A DNA stretch of 64,000 nucleotides from Spirochaetia bacterium (GTDB lineage: Bacteria > Spirochaetota > Spirochaetia > UBA9216). Positions 1 through 11,198 of this stretch are shown here, piece by piece (the first letter of the stretch is position 1; the number at the start of each line of letters is the position of its first letter). The stretch spans positions 320,001 through 384,000 of the forward strand of contig CAXXYH010000003.1 in NCBI GenBank assembly GCA_963677925.2, given 5' to 3'. The position numbers and the translations under genes are program-made. The notes under the pieces are model-generated. The model had not been told where the DNA came from. It did not search any database and saw only the letters and a list, made by a program, of their open reading frames with translations.

Positions 1-26
1 TGGCATTCGTAATCTTATTCTCTCTA

Positions 27-2669
27 ATGAATATTTTTACCTTCTACAGAGATGGTGAACATTTTTTTATGGATCTCTATATGAAAATGACTCCAGGACC
101 GCAGGATAAAGAGAATATTGTTCTTCTTAATATAGATGATCTTGCAATTGCAAAAGTGGGTATGTTTCCATGGAGCCGGGCAATTATGGCAGACGGTCTC
201 ATTCTTATGAAGGAAATGGGTGCTCAGTATGCAGTATTTGATATTGAGTACACTGAAGAAAGTCCTATGGGGCTGAACAGTGAATTTCTATATAATGAAA
301 TTCCAAAATCGCTGGATGAAAAATTTGCAGAAATAACAGGTAATACTGAAGGTTTATTTAATGCTATAGTTTCAGGAAATATAAGTCTTTCTGATGCATC
401 TGAATACGTGGCCCAGCTTAATGACCTCAGTATAGCATCTAAAAGTGATCTTTATGAAAAAATCAAATCTGTAGCCAGGGATAATGATGCCTATTTCGGT
501 CTGGCAGCTGCATATTTCGGTAATTCATTTTTTACTATTAACATTCTTAATCAGGAAGAGGACGAATACTCTTCTGATTTAAAAGACTGGATAACTGAAA
601 ATATGGGAATTAAAGTTACTGCAGAAGATAATTCAAGACTTCTTAAAGGTATTGATATCAGACCGGCGGTAAGCCAGATAAGCATGAATGCAGCGAGTCT
701 AGGGTTCCCTAATGTTCATATTGATAATGACGGTGTAAGACGCAGAGTAAATCTTATAGCAGAATATGAGAATACTTTTTTTCCACAGCTCAGTTTTCAG
801 GCCGTATACAAGATTCTCGGTGAGCCAGAAATAGAGATTGACAAGGACAGAATTATACTTAAAAAAGCAGCCTTTCCCGACGGTGAAAGCAGAGATCTTA
901 TCATCCCTCTTGATAAGGACGGTTATTTCGTAATTAATTGGCCGCGTAAAGATTTTGATGAAAGCTTTACTCAGCTTTCCTACTATTACCTGGTTCTTCA
1001 TAAAAGGCAGGAAACACTTCTGGTTCAGAATCTTGAAATAATGAAAGATGCAGGATATCTGAATTACTATCAGGGCAATATGCCTATCCTTGATATCTAT
1101 AACTACACTCAGTCCTTACAGAGCGATATGCTTGAATCAGGGAACACTGAAGAGTTTAGTGAATATCAACATATACGCAATTACTTCTTTACTGAAACTG
1201 CAAACTTTCTTGGAGGTGATGCTGAAAATAGTATTGTGTCAAGAATTGACCAGATTCTTGATTCTCCAGATATCCCTGATACTCAAAAGGAACGATATTC
1301 AGAAATCAAGGTTTCAGTTCAAACCAGTTTTTCAGAAACTGCTGACCTGTTAAACAATCTGTTAAAAACCCGGGAGATTCTTTCCTCTACTCTCGAGGGC
1401 GCAATCTGCTATTTAGGTTGGACCGGAACTGCGACAACTGATAGAGGTGTAAATCCATTTGATTCCACCTATGACAATGTAGGTACACATGCATCAATTG
1501 CCAATACAATTCTAAATAAAGATTTTGTAGATATACTACCTCAATGGGTTTCAATAATAGCAGCCGTCATTCTCGTTCTTATATACTATAGAATAAAAAT
1601 AATGCTTAATCCCGTACCGTCAATTCTTACCGGTTTCGGTTTCATCATTTTAATATTTTTCTCCGGATTACTGGTTTTCTCCGTAACTGGTAACTACTTT
1701 CCTGTCCTGACTCCGGTCATGACTATATCATCAAGTTTCGTAATTCTTACAATAGTTAATTTTCTCTCGACATCAAAGGAAAAAACTTTTATTCGAAGCG
1801 CTTTCGGACAATATCTTTCAAACGAAGTTATAAACGATCTTCTTGATAACCCTGAAAAACTGAATCTCGGCGGTGAAAAAAAGAATCTTACAGCTCTTTT
1901 TACAGATGTCAAAGGCTTTTCTACAATTTCAGAAGCTATGGATCCTACAGATCTCGTTAACCTTTTGAATATGTATCTCACGAAGATGTCGGACATTATC
2001 ATGGACAGACAAGGAACAATTGATAAGTTTGAAGGTGATGCAATAATTTCATTCTTCGGGGCGCCCACCGATTTTACTGATCATGCTTATAAGGCATGCC
2101 TGGCCTCAATCGAGATGAAGAGAGCCGAAGCTATTATGAATAAAATAATTGAGGATGAAAAACTAAGTCCAAATCCGCTGTTAACCAGAATAGGACTTAA
2201 CACAGGCGATATGGTTGTTGGAAACATGGGGACGGCAAAAAAGATGGATTACACAATGATGGGCAACGCTGTTAATCTTGCGGCAAGACTTGAAGGCGTG
2301 AATAAACGTTATGGAACATGGCTTCTTATAAGTGATTCAACATATGAAGCCGGCGGCAAGGAGTTTGCCACAAGAAGACTCGACCGAGTCCGTGTAGTAG
2401 GTATAAATACCCCTGTCCGGTTGTATGAGCTGGTTGAAGAAAAATCACAGTTAGCAAAAGAGAAAAAGGAATTGCTTCAGATATTCGAAGAAGGACTCAC
2501 TACTTTTGAAGAAAGAGACTGGACCGGTGCAGAAAAACTATTCAGGCAGGCATTGAAAATTACTTCAGATGACGGACCGTCATTATATTACCTTGATCGA
2601 TGTGAAAAATATATAAAGGAACCGCCCCGTACAAACTGGGATGGTGTTTACAACCTTACCGAGAAATGA
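27..2669 (+). CDS. CHASE2-domain class III adenylate/guanylate cyclase (probably 5'-partial)
   Basis: CHASE2 motifs (IDDLAI..FPWSR, FDIEY, DNDGVRRR), three TM helices, cyclase motifs FTDVKGFS, DKFEGDAI, DYTMMGNAVNLAARLEG. The frame is open upstream of 27 to the window edge, so the true start may lie outside. Confidence 0.9.
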   Translation: MNIFTFYRDGEHFFMDLYMKMTPGPQDKENIVLLNIDDLAIAKVGMFPWSRAIMADGLILMKEMGAQYAVFDIEYTEESPMGLNSEFLYNEIPKSLDEKFAEITGNTEGLFNAIVSGNISLSDASEYVAQLNDLSIASKSDLYEKIKSVARDNDAYFGLAAAYFGNSFFTINILNQEEDEYSSDLKDWITENMGIKVTAEDNSRLLKGIDIRPAVSQISMNAASLGFPNVHIDNDGVRRRVNLIAEYENTFFPQLSFQAVYKILGEPEIEIDKDRIILKKAAFPDGESRDLIIPLDKDGYFVINWPRKDFDESFTQLSYYYLVLHKRQETLLVQNLEIMKDAGYLNYYQGNMPILDIYNYTQSLQSDMLESGNTEEFSEYQHIRNYFFTETANFLGGDAENSIVSRIDQILDSPDIPDTQKERYSEIKVSVQTSFSETADLLNNLLKTREILSSTLEGAICYLGWTGTATTDRGVNPFDSTYDNVGTHASIANTILNKDFVDILPQWVSIIAAVILVLIYYRIKIMLNPVPSILTGFGFIILIFFSGLLVFSVTGNYFPVLTPVMTISSSFVILTIVNFLSTSKEKTFIRSAFGQYLSNEVINDLLDNPEKLNLGGEKKNLTALFTDVKGFSTISEAMDPTDLVNLLNMYLTKMSDIIMDRQGTIDKFEGDAIISFFGAPTDFTDHAYKACLASIEMKRAEAIMNKIIEDEKLSPNPLLTRIGLNTGDMVVGNMGTAKKMDYTMMGNAVNLAARLEGVNKRYGTWLLISDSTYEAGGKEFATRRLDRVRVVGINTPVRLYELVEEKSQLAKEKKELLQIFEEGLTTFEERDWTGAEKLFRQALKITSDDGPSLYYLDRCEKYIKEPPRTNWDGVYNLTEK

Positions 2670-2672
2670 CCT

Positions 2673-2703
2673 GCTGTCTGCCGACCTTAAACTGGCAGAC
2701 GGC
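2673..2703. terminator. Hairpin between convergent genes
   Basis: gctgtctgcc-N11-ggcagacggc inverted repeat between the cyclase and SDR stop codons; no U-tract. Confidence 0.5.
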
Positions 2704-4248
2704 TCACCAGTCTATTGGGAAATAGTCTTTTAGAAACATTCCGCACCAGTGACGTCCTGTGTTTATACCGTCAAAAAGAGGATCACAGACTCGGGCGGCG
2801 CCGTCTACTATATCCAGCGGGGGCTGAAAATCATGCAGCTCCTGCTTCTTTTTCGCCAGCTGGGCCGGATCTTCATCGGTAACCCAGCCGGTATCAACTG
2901 CATTCATATATATTCCGTGTTCAGCAAGCTCACTCGCGGATGTGTGTGTAAGCATGTTAAGAGCTGCTTTTGCCATATTTGTATGCGGATGCCTCTCACC
3001 TTTCTTAAAACGCATAAACTTGCCTTCCATGGCAGAAACATTGACTATATGTTTGCAGCCTGTGTTCTCTTTTTTCATGAGAGGCACAAGTCTGTTGCAC
3101 AGAACAAATGGTGCTACAGAGTTAATAAGCTGTAGTTCAAGCATTTCCGAGGTCTGAATCTCACCAAGCTTAAGGCGCCAGCTGTTTGTTGTTCGCAGAT
3201 CAACCTGCTGCAGGTCGACATCCAGTTTGCCTTGAGGAAAAACAGCTTCAACTTCATGATTGTCTTCATACGCATACGGGATCTGCGATAATCTAGCCGA
3301 TTCAATCATCCCGAGACCGGGAGTTCTGGCCTCCCAGGATACAGGAACAAGAGCATCATCTGAATGACTGCTGTGTGAAAATTTCTCAATCCGGTTGAGA
3401 CAGGATTCATAATCAAAAAGAAGGCTGCGGACTTTTTCAGGAAGCGCCTCCCGCGGCATCAGTTCATTATCCATCAGATGCTGGTAAAAACCGGGCGGAC
3501 GCCGGACTGTCTGGGCAGCATTGTTTATAAGTATATCCAGCCGTCCAAACCTGTCGGTAATATGAGTACAGAATAGCTCAACACTGGGGGTGTGACGCAG
3601 ATCGAGCCCGTAGACATGCAGACGATGACCCCAGTCAGCAAAATCAGCTTCTTTCGAATATCGAATTGCGGAATCCACAGGAAATCGTGTTGTGGCAACA
3701 ACCTCAGCACCGGCCCTAAGAAGCATCAACGTTGCCTGATATCCAATTTTAAGCCTGGAACCCGTAATCACAGCAACCTGGCCTCTTAGATCTGCAGTCT
3801 GAAATCTTTTATAATAGTTCAGCTCTGCACATTCCGGACACATAGCATCATAAAAGAAATGCATGCGGGTATATTCTTTTTTACAGACGTAGCAATTACG
3901 CGGAGAATTCAGAACAAGTTCTTTATCATTATCCATCTCATCACAGGTCAGCTGCTTTGGTGCAGAAAATACGAGATTCTCCCTGGCACTTCGTATTCCG
4001 GTTGCCGCGCGTGCAGCCCGTTCATCAGCTACAGTCTCCTGCCGTTTTTTTCTGGCGGCGGCCTTCTTTCTCTGTTTTAAAACGGCATGATCCGGTTTGG
4101 ACAATGCGCCTGCGGCCTTTAGAAGTTCAATCTGTGTATCTCTGGGAATAGCAACTAACTGATCTGCATTTTCAGATAGAGCTTTTAATATATTTATACA
4201 GTTATTTATTTCTTCTTCTGTGTAATTTGATTCAGTGTCTTCGTTCAT
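2704..4248 (-). CDS. Atypical SDR-family oxidoreductase with N-terminal CxxC...CxxC extension
   Basis: [11 protein letters not shown] Rossmann motif, [31 protein letters not shown]; CYVC...CPEC upstream. Confidence 0.8.
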   Translation of the reverse strand: MNEDTESNYTEEEINNCINILKALSENADQLVAIPRDTQIELLKAAGALSKPDHAVLKQRKKAAARKKRQETVADERAARAATGIRSARENLVFSAPKQLTCDEMDNDKELVLNSPRNCYVCKKEYTRMHFFYDAMCPECAELNYYKRFQTADLRGQVAVITGSRLKIGYQATLMLLRAGAEVVATTRFPVDSAIRYSKEADFADWGHRLHVYGLDLRHTPSVELFCTHITDRFGRLDILINNAAQTVRRPPGFYQHLMDNELMPREALPEKVRSLLFDYESCLNRIEKFSHSSHSDDALVPVSWEARTPGLGMIESARLSQIPYAYEDNHEVEAVFPQGKLDVDLQQVDLRTTNSWRLKLGEIQTSEMLELQLINSVAPFVLCNRLVPLMKKENTGCKHIVNVSAMEGKFMRFKKGERHPHTNMAKAALNMLTHTSASELAEHGIYMNAVDTGWVTDEDPAQLAKKKQELHDFQPPLDIVDGAARVCDPLFDGINTGRHWCGMFLKDYFPIDW

Positions 4249-4315
4249 CTATGTTCCTGTCTTACCCTTATCTATACATATGTAAAGGCGTATAGTCAAC
4301 AGTATATTTAGATAC

Positions 4316-4346
4316 AAAAAAGCCGGAGCAGTTCATTGCTCCGGCT
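4316..4346 (-). terminator. Intrinsic terminator of panB-folD-fhs
   Basis: agccggagca-gttcat-tgctccggct stem preceded by an A-run (U-tail on minus). Confidence 0.75.
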
Positions 4347-4375
4347 GATAAATATTCAATGTATTTTATAAAAAA

Positions 4376-6139
4376 TTAAAACAGTCCTTTTACCCGCCCT
4401 GTCTGGGTATCAACATCAATCTGCCTGAATGCAGGATCTGACGCAGTACCCGGCATAAGCTTGATGCCTCCGGCAACAGGTACAATAAACCCGGCGCCCT
4501 GATATACAAGGATATCGCTGATAGGCAGAGTCCAGCCTTTTGGGCGGCCCTTCAGAGTCGGGTCATGTGACAACGAAAGATGAGTCTTAACCATACATGT
4601 ACCCAGACCGTTTAATGAACTGTCATTCTGTATCTTTTCCAGCTTGGCAGAAGCTTCTGCACTGTAGCTAACACCATCTGCACCATAAACCTGGGTAGCA
4701 ATCAGCTCAATTCTTTCCTTAAGAGGTGTGGAATCTTCATACAGAAATTTAAAATCAGGTTTTTCTTCACAGGCCTCGACAACTGCGTTTGCAAGTTCAA
4801 CCGCACCTTCACCGCCTTTTTCCCAGTGCTTTGATAAGGCAACCCTGGCACCGGCTTTCTTACAGGCTTCTCTGATGACCTCAATTTCCTTATCTGTATC
4901 AGTATAAAAGTGGTTTATACATACAACTGCAGGTACACCGCTCTTTCTGACAGTTGCAATATGGGCAAGAAGGTTTTCAAGTCCTTTTTCAACCAGTTCA
5001 ATATTCTCTTCTGTATATGCCTTATCGAGAGGTTTGCCCGGAACAACCTTCGGTCCTCCTCCGTGCATCTTTAAAGCCCTTACTGTACACACAATTACAG
5101 AACAGTTCGGAACAAGTCCTGAGAACCTGCATTTAAGATTCCAGAATTTCTCAAAACCGATATCTGCACCGAAACCGCTCTCTGTTACATGGTAATCACA
5201 GAGTTTAAGACCCACACGGTCAGCTATAATTGATGACTGGCCGATTGCAATATTTGCAAAAGGGCCTGCATGAACAAGGACCGGCTGGCCTTCGATAGTC
5301 TGCATAATGTTCGGGTTTATAGCCCGTGCCATCAGGGCAGTCATTGCTCCGCCTACTTCCAGATCATCAGCAGTAACAGCTTCGCCTTTCTTGTTGTAAC
5401 CGATAATCATCTTACCTATGCGTTCGCGCATATCCTTAAGATCTTTTGCAACAGCAAGTATAGCCATAATTTCTGATGAAACGGTAATCTGAAAACCGCT
5501 TTTCATCATAAATCCGTCCATCTTCCCGCCGAGTCCTATTATTATTTCCCGGAGTGCCTGGGCTGAAAAATCTATAGCCCATCCTATTGCAGGGTTTCTT
5601 GGATCTATATCGAGTCTTTTGAGATTCTTTTTTTCAAGCACATCATCGCCGTAGTTGAATTCATGCTGAATCCGGCTGGTAAGAGCAACCATAGCCAGGT
5701 TGTGTGCGTTAGTGATGGCGTCTATATCGCCGGTAAGTCCGAGACTGAACTCAGTAAGAGGTACACATTGTGCAAGTCCGCCGCCAGCGGCTGACCCCTT
5801 AATGTTGAATGTAGGTCCGCCTGAAGGCTGCCTGATGGCTCCGCAGACAGACTTCCCAATCTTACCAAGTCCTTCAACCAGTCCCATGGTTGTAGTTGTC
5901 TTTCCTTCACCGAGAGGAGTAGGATTTATTGCCGTAACTTCGATGTATTTTCCATCCGGTTTATCTTTCAGTCGCTCAAGAATAGCGTTGTAATCCAGTT
6001 TACCAAGGAAGTGACCATAAGGCAGAATCTCCATTTTATCAAGATTCAGTTCTTCAGCCAGCTGATAGACTGTCTTCATATCCTTTTCAGCTGCTTCAGC
6101 AATCTCCCAGTCCTTCATCTTAGTCGGATCAAGTTTCAT
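4376..6139 (-). CDS. fhs: Formate--tetrahydrofolate ligase
   Basis: [64 protein letters not shown] motifs. Confidence 0.97.
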   Translation of the reverse strand: MKLDPTKMKDWEIAEAAEKDMKTVYQLAEELNLDKMEILPYGHFLGKLDYNAILERLKDKPDGKYIEVTAINPTPLGEGKTTTTMGLVEGLGKIGKSVCGAIRQPSGGPTFNIKGSAAGGGLAQCVPLTEFSLGLTGDIDAITNAHNLAMVALTSRIQHEFNYGDDVLEKKNLKRLDIDPRNPAIGWAIDFSAQALREIIIGLGGKMDGFMMKSGFQITVSSEIMAILAVAKDLKDMRERIGKMIIGYNKKGEAVTADDLEVGGAMTALMARAINPNIMQTIEGQPVLVHAGPFANIAIGQSSIIADRVGLKLCDYHVTESGFGADIGFEKFWNLKCRFSGLVPNCSVIVCTVRALKMHGGGPKVVPGKPLDKAYTEENIELVEKGLENLLAHIATVRKSGVPAVVCINHFYTDTDKEIEVIREACKKAGARVALSKHWEKGGEGAVELANAVVEACEEKPDFKFLYEDSTPLKERIELIATQVYGADGVSYSAEASAKLEKIQNDSSLNGLGTCMVKTHLSLSHDPTLKGRPKGWTLPISDILVYQGAGFIVPVAGGIKLMPGTASDPAFRQIDVDTQTGRVKGLF

Positions 6140-6141
6140 AA

Positions 6142-7047
6142 TTATAACCTCAATGCGTATTTGAATGATTTTAAAGTATTCTTCATAAGCATTGTTATTG
6201 TCATGGGACCTACACCGCCGGGTACGGGGGTAATATATCCGGCAATCTGAGAGGCTTCTTCAAAATCAACATCACCCTTAAGAACTGCTATCTTCTTTCC
6301 GGTTTTTTCACTGATTTTTTCACCTACCCTGTTTACTCCGACATCAATAACACATGCTCCTTTTTTAATCCATTGCGGCTTAACCAGTCCCGGAACACCG
6401 GCTGCAACTATCAGGATATCTGCCCTCAGGCAGTGTTCAGCCAGGTTCTTGGTACCGGTATGCACAACTGTCACAGTAGAATTAGCCCCTGCACCTTTCT
6501 GCAGCATCATATTGGCTATAGGCTTTCCAACAATATTGGAACGCCCTACTACTACAACTTCAGCTCCTTTAGTTTCAACACCGGAACGGATAATCATCTC
6601 CTGAATTGCTGCAGGAGTACATGGCGGATATTTCACCTCATCACCGCCGATCATCAGCCGTCCGACATTTACAGGATGAAATCCATCGACATCCTTATCA
6701 GGATCAATAGCATTCAGAACTTTCTTCTCATCGATATGTTTCGGAAGAGGAAGCTGAACAAGGATACCATGGATATTTTCATCCTTATTATATTTATCAA
6801 TTAATTCAAGTAATTCAGCCTCGGTTATATTTTCAGACCTTGTGTCCTGAATTTCATTATAACCGAGACTCTGTGCTGTCTTGATCTTGAGGGTTACATA
6901 GGAGATAGAGGCCGGGTTTTCACCAATAAGAATAGTAACGAGACCCGGAACTTTTCCGTACTTCTCTTTAAGCTCTGCAGTTTCTGCCCTTAATTCAGCG
7001 AGAATCTCTTCCCGTATATCTGTTCCCTTAATCAATACAGCTGACAT
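6142..7047 (-). CDS. folD: Bifunctional methylene-THF dehydrogenase/cyclohydrolase
   Basis: [42 protein letters not shown]. Confidence 0.97.
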   Translation of the reverse strand: MSAVLIKGTDIREEILAELRAETAELKEKYGKVPGLVTILIGENPASISYVTLKIKTAQSLGYNEIQDTRSENITEAELLELIDKYNKDENIHGILVQLPLPKHIDEKKVLNAIDPDKDVDGFHPVNVGRLMIGGDEVKYPPCTPAAIQEMIIRSGVETKGAEVVVVGRSNIVGKPIANMMLQKGAGANSTVTVVHTGTKNLAEHCLRADILIVAAGVPGLVKPQWIKKGACVIDVGVNRVGEKISEKTGKKIAVLKGDVDFEEASQIAGYITPVPGGVGPMTITMLMKNTLKSFKYALRL

Positions 7048-7048
7048 A

Positions 7049-7915
7049 TTAAAGCCCCAGTGCCTTTTTCAGTTCTTCAACGGCTTCGGCTTTCATGTTG
7101 AAACTGTGGTCGTTTGTAGGAAATTTTACATCCTTAACTTCACCGATAAATTCCTTAACAGCATTAACCTGAGGTGTATACATATCAGCATAAACCTTTA
7201 CAAACTTCGGAGTAAATCTCTTAAAGAGTCCGAGAAGGTCATGATAAACAAGAACCTGTCCTGCGCATGAAGGACCAGCTCCGATACCAACTGTTGGAAT
7301 AGTAAGCTGTTCTGTAATTATTGCAGCAAGCTGCTGGGGAATAGCTTCAAGAATGATTGCAAAAGCACCTGCGTCCTGCATTGCAAGAGCATCATCGAGC
7401 ACTGATTTTGCAGCATCAAGTGATTTACCCTGAACCTTGAAACCGCCCATTGTGGCAGCTGTCTGAGGTGTAAGTCCGATATGTGCAAAAACCGGGATTC
7501 CGGCTTTGGTTATCGCTGCAGCTGTAGGTGCAAAATCCTGACCGCCTTCAAACTTGATGGAATCGCAAAGACCATCCTTATAAAGGATACCTGCATTGGT
7601 TACAGCCTGTTCATTTGAGATATTGTATGACATGAATGGAAGGTCACCTACTACGTGAGCTCTGTTTACAGCCCTCATAACAGCCTTTGTATGCATCAGC
7701 ATTTCGTCCATAGTTACTGGAACAGTGTCCTTGTAACCAAGTTCAACCATGCCCAGTGAATCACCTACCAGGATAATGTCGATACCTGCTTCATCAACAA
7801 CCATTGCCTGTGGATAGTTATAAGCAGTGATCATTGATATCTTTTCGCCGTCGTCTTTCATCTTCTGAAGATCAGCAGCGAGCAATTTTTTTGTTGCTTC
7901 CGGATGTGAACTCAT
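7049..7915 (-). CDS. panB: 3-methyl-2-oxobutanoate hydroxymethyltransferase
   Basis: MITAYNY, ILVGDSLGMV, DLPFMSY, KFEGG, HIGLTPQ, GIGAG..GQVLVYHDLLG; RBS AGGAG. Confidence 0.95.
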   Translation of the reverse strand: MSSHPEATKKLLAADLQKMKDDGEKISMITAYNYPQAMVVDEAGIDIILVGDSLGMVELGYKDTVPVTMDEMLMHTKAVMRAVNRAHVVGDLPFMSYNISNEQAVTNAGILYKDGLCDSIKFEGGQDFAPTAAAITKAGIPVFAHIGLTPQTAATMGGFKVQGKSLDAAKSVLDDALAMQDAGAFAIILEAIPQQLAAIITEQLTIPTVGIGAGPSCAGQVLVYHDLLGLFKRFTPKFVKVYADMYTPQVNAVKEFIGEVKDVKFPTNDHSFNMKAEAVEELKKALGL

Positions 7916-8067
7916 ATTAAACTCCTAAAGTGTATAATTTAACCTATATTTACCTTGTATAATAATATAACCTATAATAGTATTTTTTAACAAGGAAAAG
8001 ATAGCGAAATTTAACTAATACTTAATTATAATGGAATTCTGAGTTCTTTTCAAACAGGAGGCATTAT

Positions 8068-9270
8068 TTGAAAATTCTTATTATCAACAGCGGTAGCACT
8101 TCAATAAAATTCCAGATATTTAAAATGGATACTGAAGAAACCATTTGCAGGGGTCTGGTTGACAGGGTTGGAAACAACAGCGTTATCAAGATTGAAACTT
8201 CGGTTTTTAAGAAGGAATTTAATATTAATGTTGAAAATCACAAACAGGGGCTAGAGACTGTATTGAATCTGCTTACATCCGATGAGACAGGCATACTAAA
8301 AGATATTTCTGAAATTGATGCTGTCGGGCACAGGCTTGTACATGGCGGAGATAAACTTACCAGGCCCATGCTGATTACTCCTGAGGTTGTTTCAGTGGTG
8401 GAAGACAATCTCAACCTTGCTCCGCTTCACAATCCTCCGGGACTTCTGGGCGTGCAGGCCATAACCTCCCTGCTTCCGGATGTTCCCCAGTGCGCAAGTT
8501 TTGATACCGCCTATTATTCCGATATGAGTCAGGCTGCCTTTTCATTCGGACTGGGCTATGAATACTATGAGAAATACGGCCTTCGGAAATTCGGATTTCA
8601 CGGAGCCTCACATAAATACATCAATCTAAGGGCTGCAGAAATGCTCGGGCTGCCTAAAGAGAAACTTCATACCGTAAGCGCACATATCGGAGGCGGTGTA
8701 TCACTTACGTCATCTATAGGATGCAGAGCTGTGGATACTTCACTAGGTTTAGGAACAGCCTGCGGTGTTCCAATGGGGACACGTGCCGGGGATGTGGATC
8801 CCGATGCAGTTTTACACCTTATAACTGAAGCAGGCTTTTCTGCAGCAGAGGTGAAGGACATAATTTATAAGAAATCCGGTCTTGCCGGAATAAGCGGAGT
8901 TTCTCCTGATTTACGTGATATTCTTAAAGCTGCAGATGAAGGACAGGAAAGAAGCGTACTTGCACTTGAGATTTTTGTACGTTCTATCAGAAAATATATA
9001 GGTAAGCTTGCCTGTACTCTAGAGGGCAGAATGGATGCACTTATTTTCACTGCAGGAATTGGTGAAAACTCAGCAGTTATAAGAGAAAAAATATGCAGCG
9101 GCCTGGAGGTTCTTGGTATAGAAATTGACCCGGAACTTAACAAAACGGCAACAGGAGTTGAAGCGGTTATAAGCAGCGGTAATTCAAAGGTTAAAGTACT
9201 TGTCATACCAACTAATGAAGAATGGATGATGGCATCAGAAACTAAAGAAGTATTAGAAAATTTAGAATAA
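8068..9270 (+). CDS. ackA: Divergent acetate/short-chain acyl kinase (ASKHA family)
   Basis: INSGSTSIK, GHRLVHGG, LAPLHNP, GFHGASH, MGTRAGDVDP, FTAGIGENS, IPTNEE; TTG start after AGGAGG; several motif substitutions. Confidence 0.85.
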   Translation: MKILIINSGSTSIKFQIFKMDTEETICRGLVDRVGNNSVIKIETSVFKKEFNINVENHKQGLETVLNLLTSDETGILKDISEIDAVGHRLVHGGDKLTRPMLITPEVVSVVEDNLNLAPLHNPPGLLGVQAITSLLPDVPQCASFDTAYYSDMSQAAFSFGLGYEYYEKYGLRKFGFHGASHKYINLRAAEMLGLPKEKLHTVSAHIGGGVSLTSSIGCRAVDTSLGLGTACGVPMGTRAGDVDPDAVLHLITEAGFSAAEVKDIIYKKSGLAGISGVSPDLRDILKAADEGQERSVLALEIFVRSIRKYIGKLACTLEGRMDALIFTAGIGENSAVIREKICSGLEVLGIEIDPELNKTATGVEAVISSGNSKVKVLVIPTNEEWMMASETKEVLENLE

Positions 9271-9283
9271 ATTTGGAGTAATA

Positions 9284-10240
9284 ATGAGCGGAAGTATATG
9301 CGATGTGCCGGGAATAAAAGTCGGGCATGCACAGGATTTAACAGGTGGTACAGGATGTACAGTTATTCTGCCGGATACAGAGGCTGTATGCGGTGTTGAT
9401 GTTGCCGGCGGAGCTCCTGGAACCAGAGAAACAGACTGCCTCAATCCGGTTAATTATATCCAGACGGTCCATGCAGTTTATCTTGGCGGGGGAAGTGCCT
9501 ACGGACTGGCCGGTGCAGACGGAGTTATGAAGTGGAGCGAAGAGAATAACAGAGGTCTTGATATCGGAATAGGACTGGTACCAATAGTTCCCGGAGCAGT
9601 CCTTTTTGATCTGCCGGTAGCCGATTATAAAGCCCGTCCGGATCAAAAGATGGGGTATGAAGCCTGTCTGGCGGCCAATTCAAATGAATCAAGAATGGGT
9701 AATATTGGCGCAGGAACAGGGGCAACCCTGGGAAAAGCCAAAGGTATTGATTTCTGCATGAAGGGCGGGCTTGGAACTGCAAGCATGAAGATAGGTGAAA
9801 TCGTTGTCGGTGCAATAGTGGCTGTAAACTGCTTTGGAGATGTCATAGACAATACTACCGGCCGGATAATTGCAGGAACCAGATCAGATAAACCCGGAGA
9901 ATTTCCGGGAACTGCAAAACTGCTGGCAGAACAGGCATCAACAGGCATCAATCCGATAAAGTCAAATACAACCATAGGAGTAATTGCTACTAACGCTAAA
10001 CTGACTAAACCTCAGGCTGCAAAAGTGGCCCAGATGGCTCATGACGGCTATGCCAGAACTATAAACCCGATACATACCATGCATGACGGAGACAGTATTT
10101 TCTGTCTTTCAAATGGAGATATAGAAGCAGATTTGACCGCAATCGGCAGTATGGCAGCTGAAGTAATGGCAGTTGCAGTCATTGAAGGCGTGAAAGCTGC
10201 AAAAACCATATTCGGAATACCGGGATTAGCAGGAGAATAA
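9284..10240 (+). CDS. P1/DmpA-family (peptidase S58) autoproteolytic amidohydrolase, ThnT/NylC-like
   Basis: VPGIKVGHA, GGAPGTRET, GGSAYGL, VPIVPGAVLFDL, GNIGAGTGAT, NTTIGVIATNA (Asn-Thr cleavage site), HDGDSIF. Confidence 0.9.
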   Translation: MSGSICDVPGIKVGHAQDLTGGTGCTVILPDTEAVCGVDVAGGAPGTRETDCLNPVNYIQTVHAVYLGGGSAYGLAGADGVMKWSEENNRGLDIGIGLVPIVPGAVLFDLPVADYKARPDQKMGYEACLAANSNESRMGNIGAGTGATLGKAKGIDFCMKGGLGTASMKIGEIVVGAIVAVNCFGDVIDNTTGRIIAGTRSDKPGEFPGTAKLLAEQASTGINPIKSNTTIGVIATNAKLTKPQAAKVAQMAHDGYARTINPIHTMHDGDSIFCLSNGDIEADLTAIGSMAAEVMAVAVIEGVKAAKTIFGIPGLAGE

Positions 10241-10241
10241 A

Positions 10242-11159
10242 ATGAAAATATCAATTATCGGTTCAGGAGCAATGGGTTCACTGTTCGGAGGAAAACTTGC
10301 AGCAGCAGGTAATGAAGTTGTTTTATATGATATAAATCTGGCTCATGTGAATGCAGTAAATGAAAACGGCTTAAGAATAGAAACCCTTGCGACAGGAGAC
10401 AGCGAATTCATAAAGGTAAAAGCTTCCGACAACCCTGAAGATGTGAAAGATTCAGACATAATGATCATCTTCGTAAAATCAACGGCAACAAAAGCCGTTG
10501 CCGAATCTTTCAAAAAACATGCTTCTGATGAAACAGTAGTAGTTACGCTTCAGAACGGAATCGGCAATGAAGATCTTATAAGAGAGGTTTTCGGCGAATC
10601 AAATACCGCCGCCGGGGTTACATCTCAGGGTGCGACATTTGCCGGCCCCGGACATATCAAACACGCCGGAAACGGCCCCACCCACCTGTGTATGTCAAAC
10701 GGCAAAAACTCAAAACTTGAGGCTTTTTCCAGAGAGCTTGCAAAAGCCGGATTTGAAATTATGCTTGAAGATGATATTGCAGGACTTGTATGGAGTAAGC
10801 TTGTTATCAATGTCGGCATAAATGCATTAACTGCTTTAACAGGGCTCAAGAACGGTGAACTGCTTGATTATGAAACAACCAGGGAATTAATGAGTGACCT
10901 GGTTAACGAAGCTGTGGCAGTTGCAAAAGCAGCAGGAATACAGCTTACCTATGATAACCCTCTTGAAACTGTTTATTCAGTTGCTGAAAAGACAGGAGCA
11001 AACAGGTCATCCATGCTTCAGGATTTTGACAGGGGCAGCCGCACGGAAATAGATTTTATAAATAATGCAATAGTAAAAAAGGGACAGGAACTTGGAATTG
11101 ATACTCCGGCTAACCGAATAATTGGAGCCCTGGTAAAAACCTATGACCTTAAAAGATAG
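10242..11159 (+). CDS. panE: 2-dehydropantoate 2-reductase
   Basis: GSGAMG, FVKS, TLQNGIG, WSKLVINVGINAL, SSMLQD, TEIDFIN. Confidence 0.93.
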   Translation: MKISIIGSGAMGSLFGGKLAAAGNEVVLYDINLAHVNAVNENGLRIETLATGDSEFIKVKASDNPEDVKDSDIMIIFVKSTATKAVAESFKKHASDETVVVTLQNGIGNEDLIREVFGESNTAAGVTSQGATFAGPGHIKHAGNGPTHLCMSNGKNSKLEAFSRELAKAGFEIMLEDDIAGLVWSKLVINVGINALTALTGLKNGELLDYETTRELMSDLVNEAVAVAKAAGIQLTYDNPLETVYSVAEKTGANRSSMLQDFDRGSRTEIDFINNAIVKKGQELGIDTPANRIIGALVKTYDLKR

Positions 11160-11160
11160 A

Positions 11161-11198
11161 GCTTCTTGCAAAACTCGGTTAGTTTTGCAAGAAGCTTT
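11161..11198 (+). terminator. Perfect 15-bp hairpin after panE
   Basis: gcttcttgcaaaact-cggtt-agttttgcaagaagc followed by ttt. Confidence 0.6.

Noticed and set aside
4376-7047. Wood-Ljungdahl acetogenesis locus
   Set aside because: No metF, methyltransferase, CODH/ACS or fdh in the window; fhs-folD is tied to panB instead
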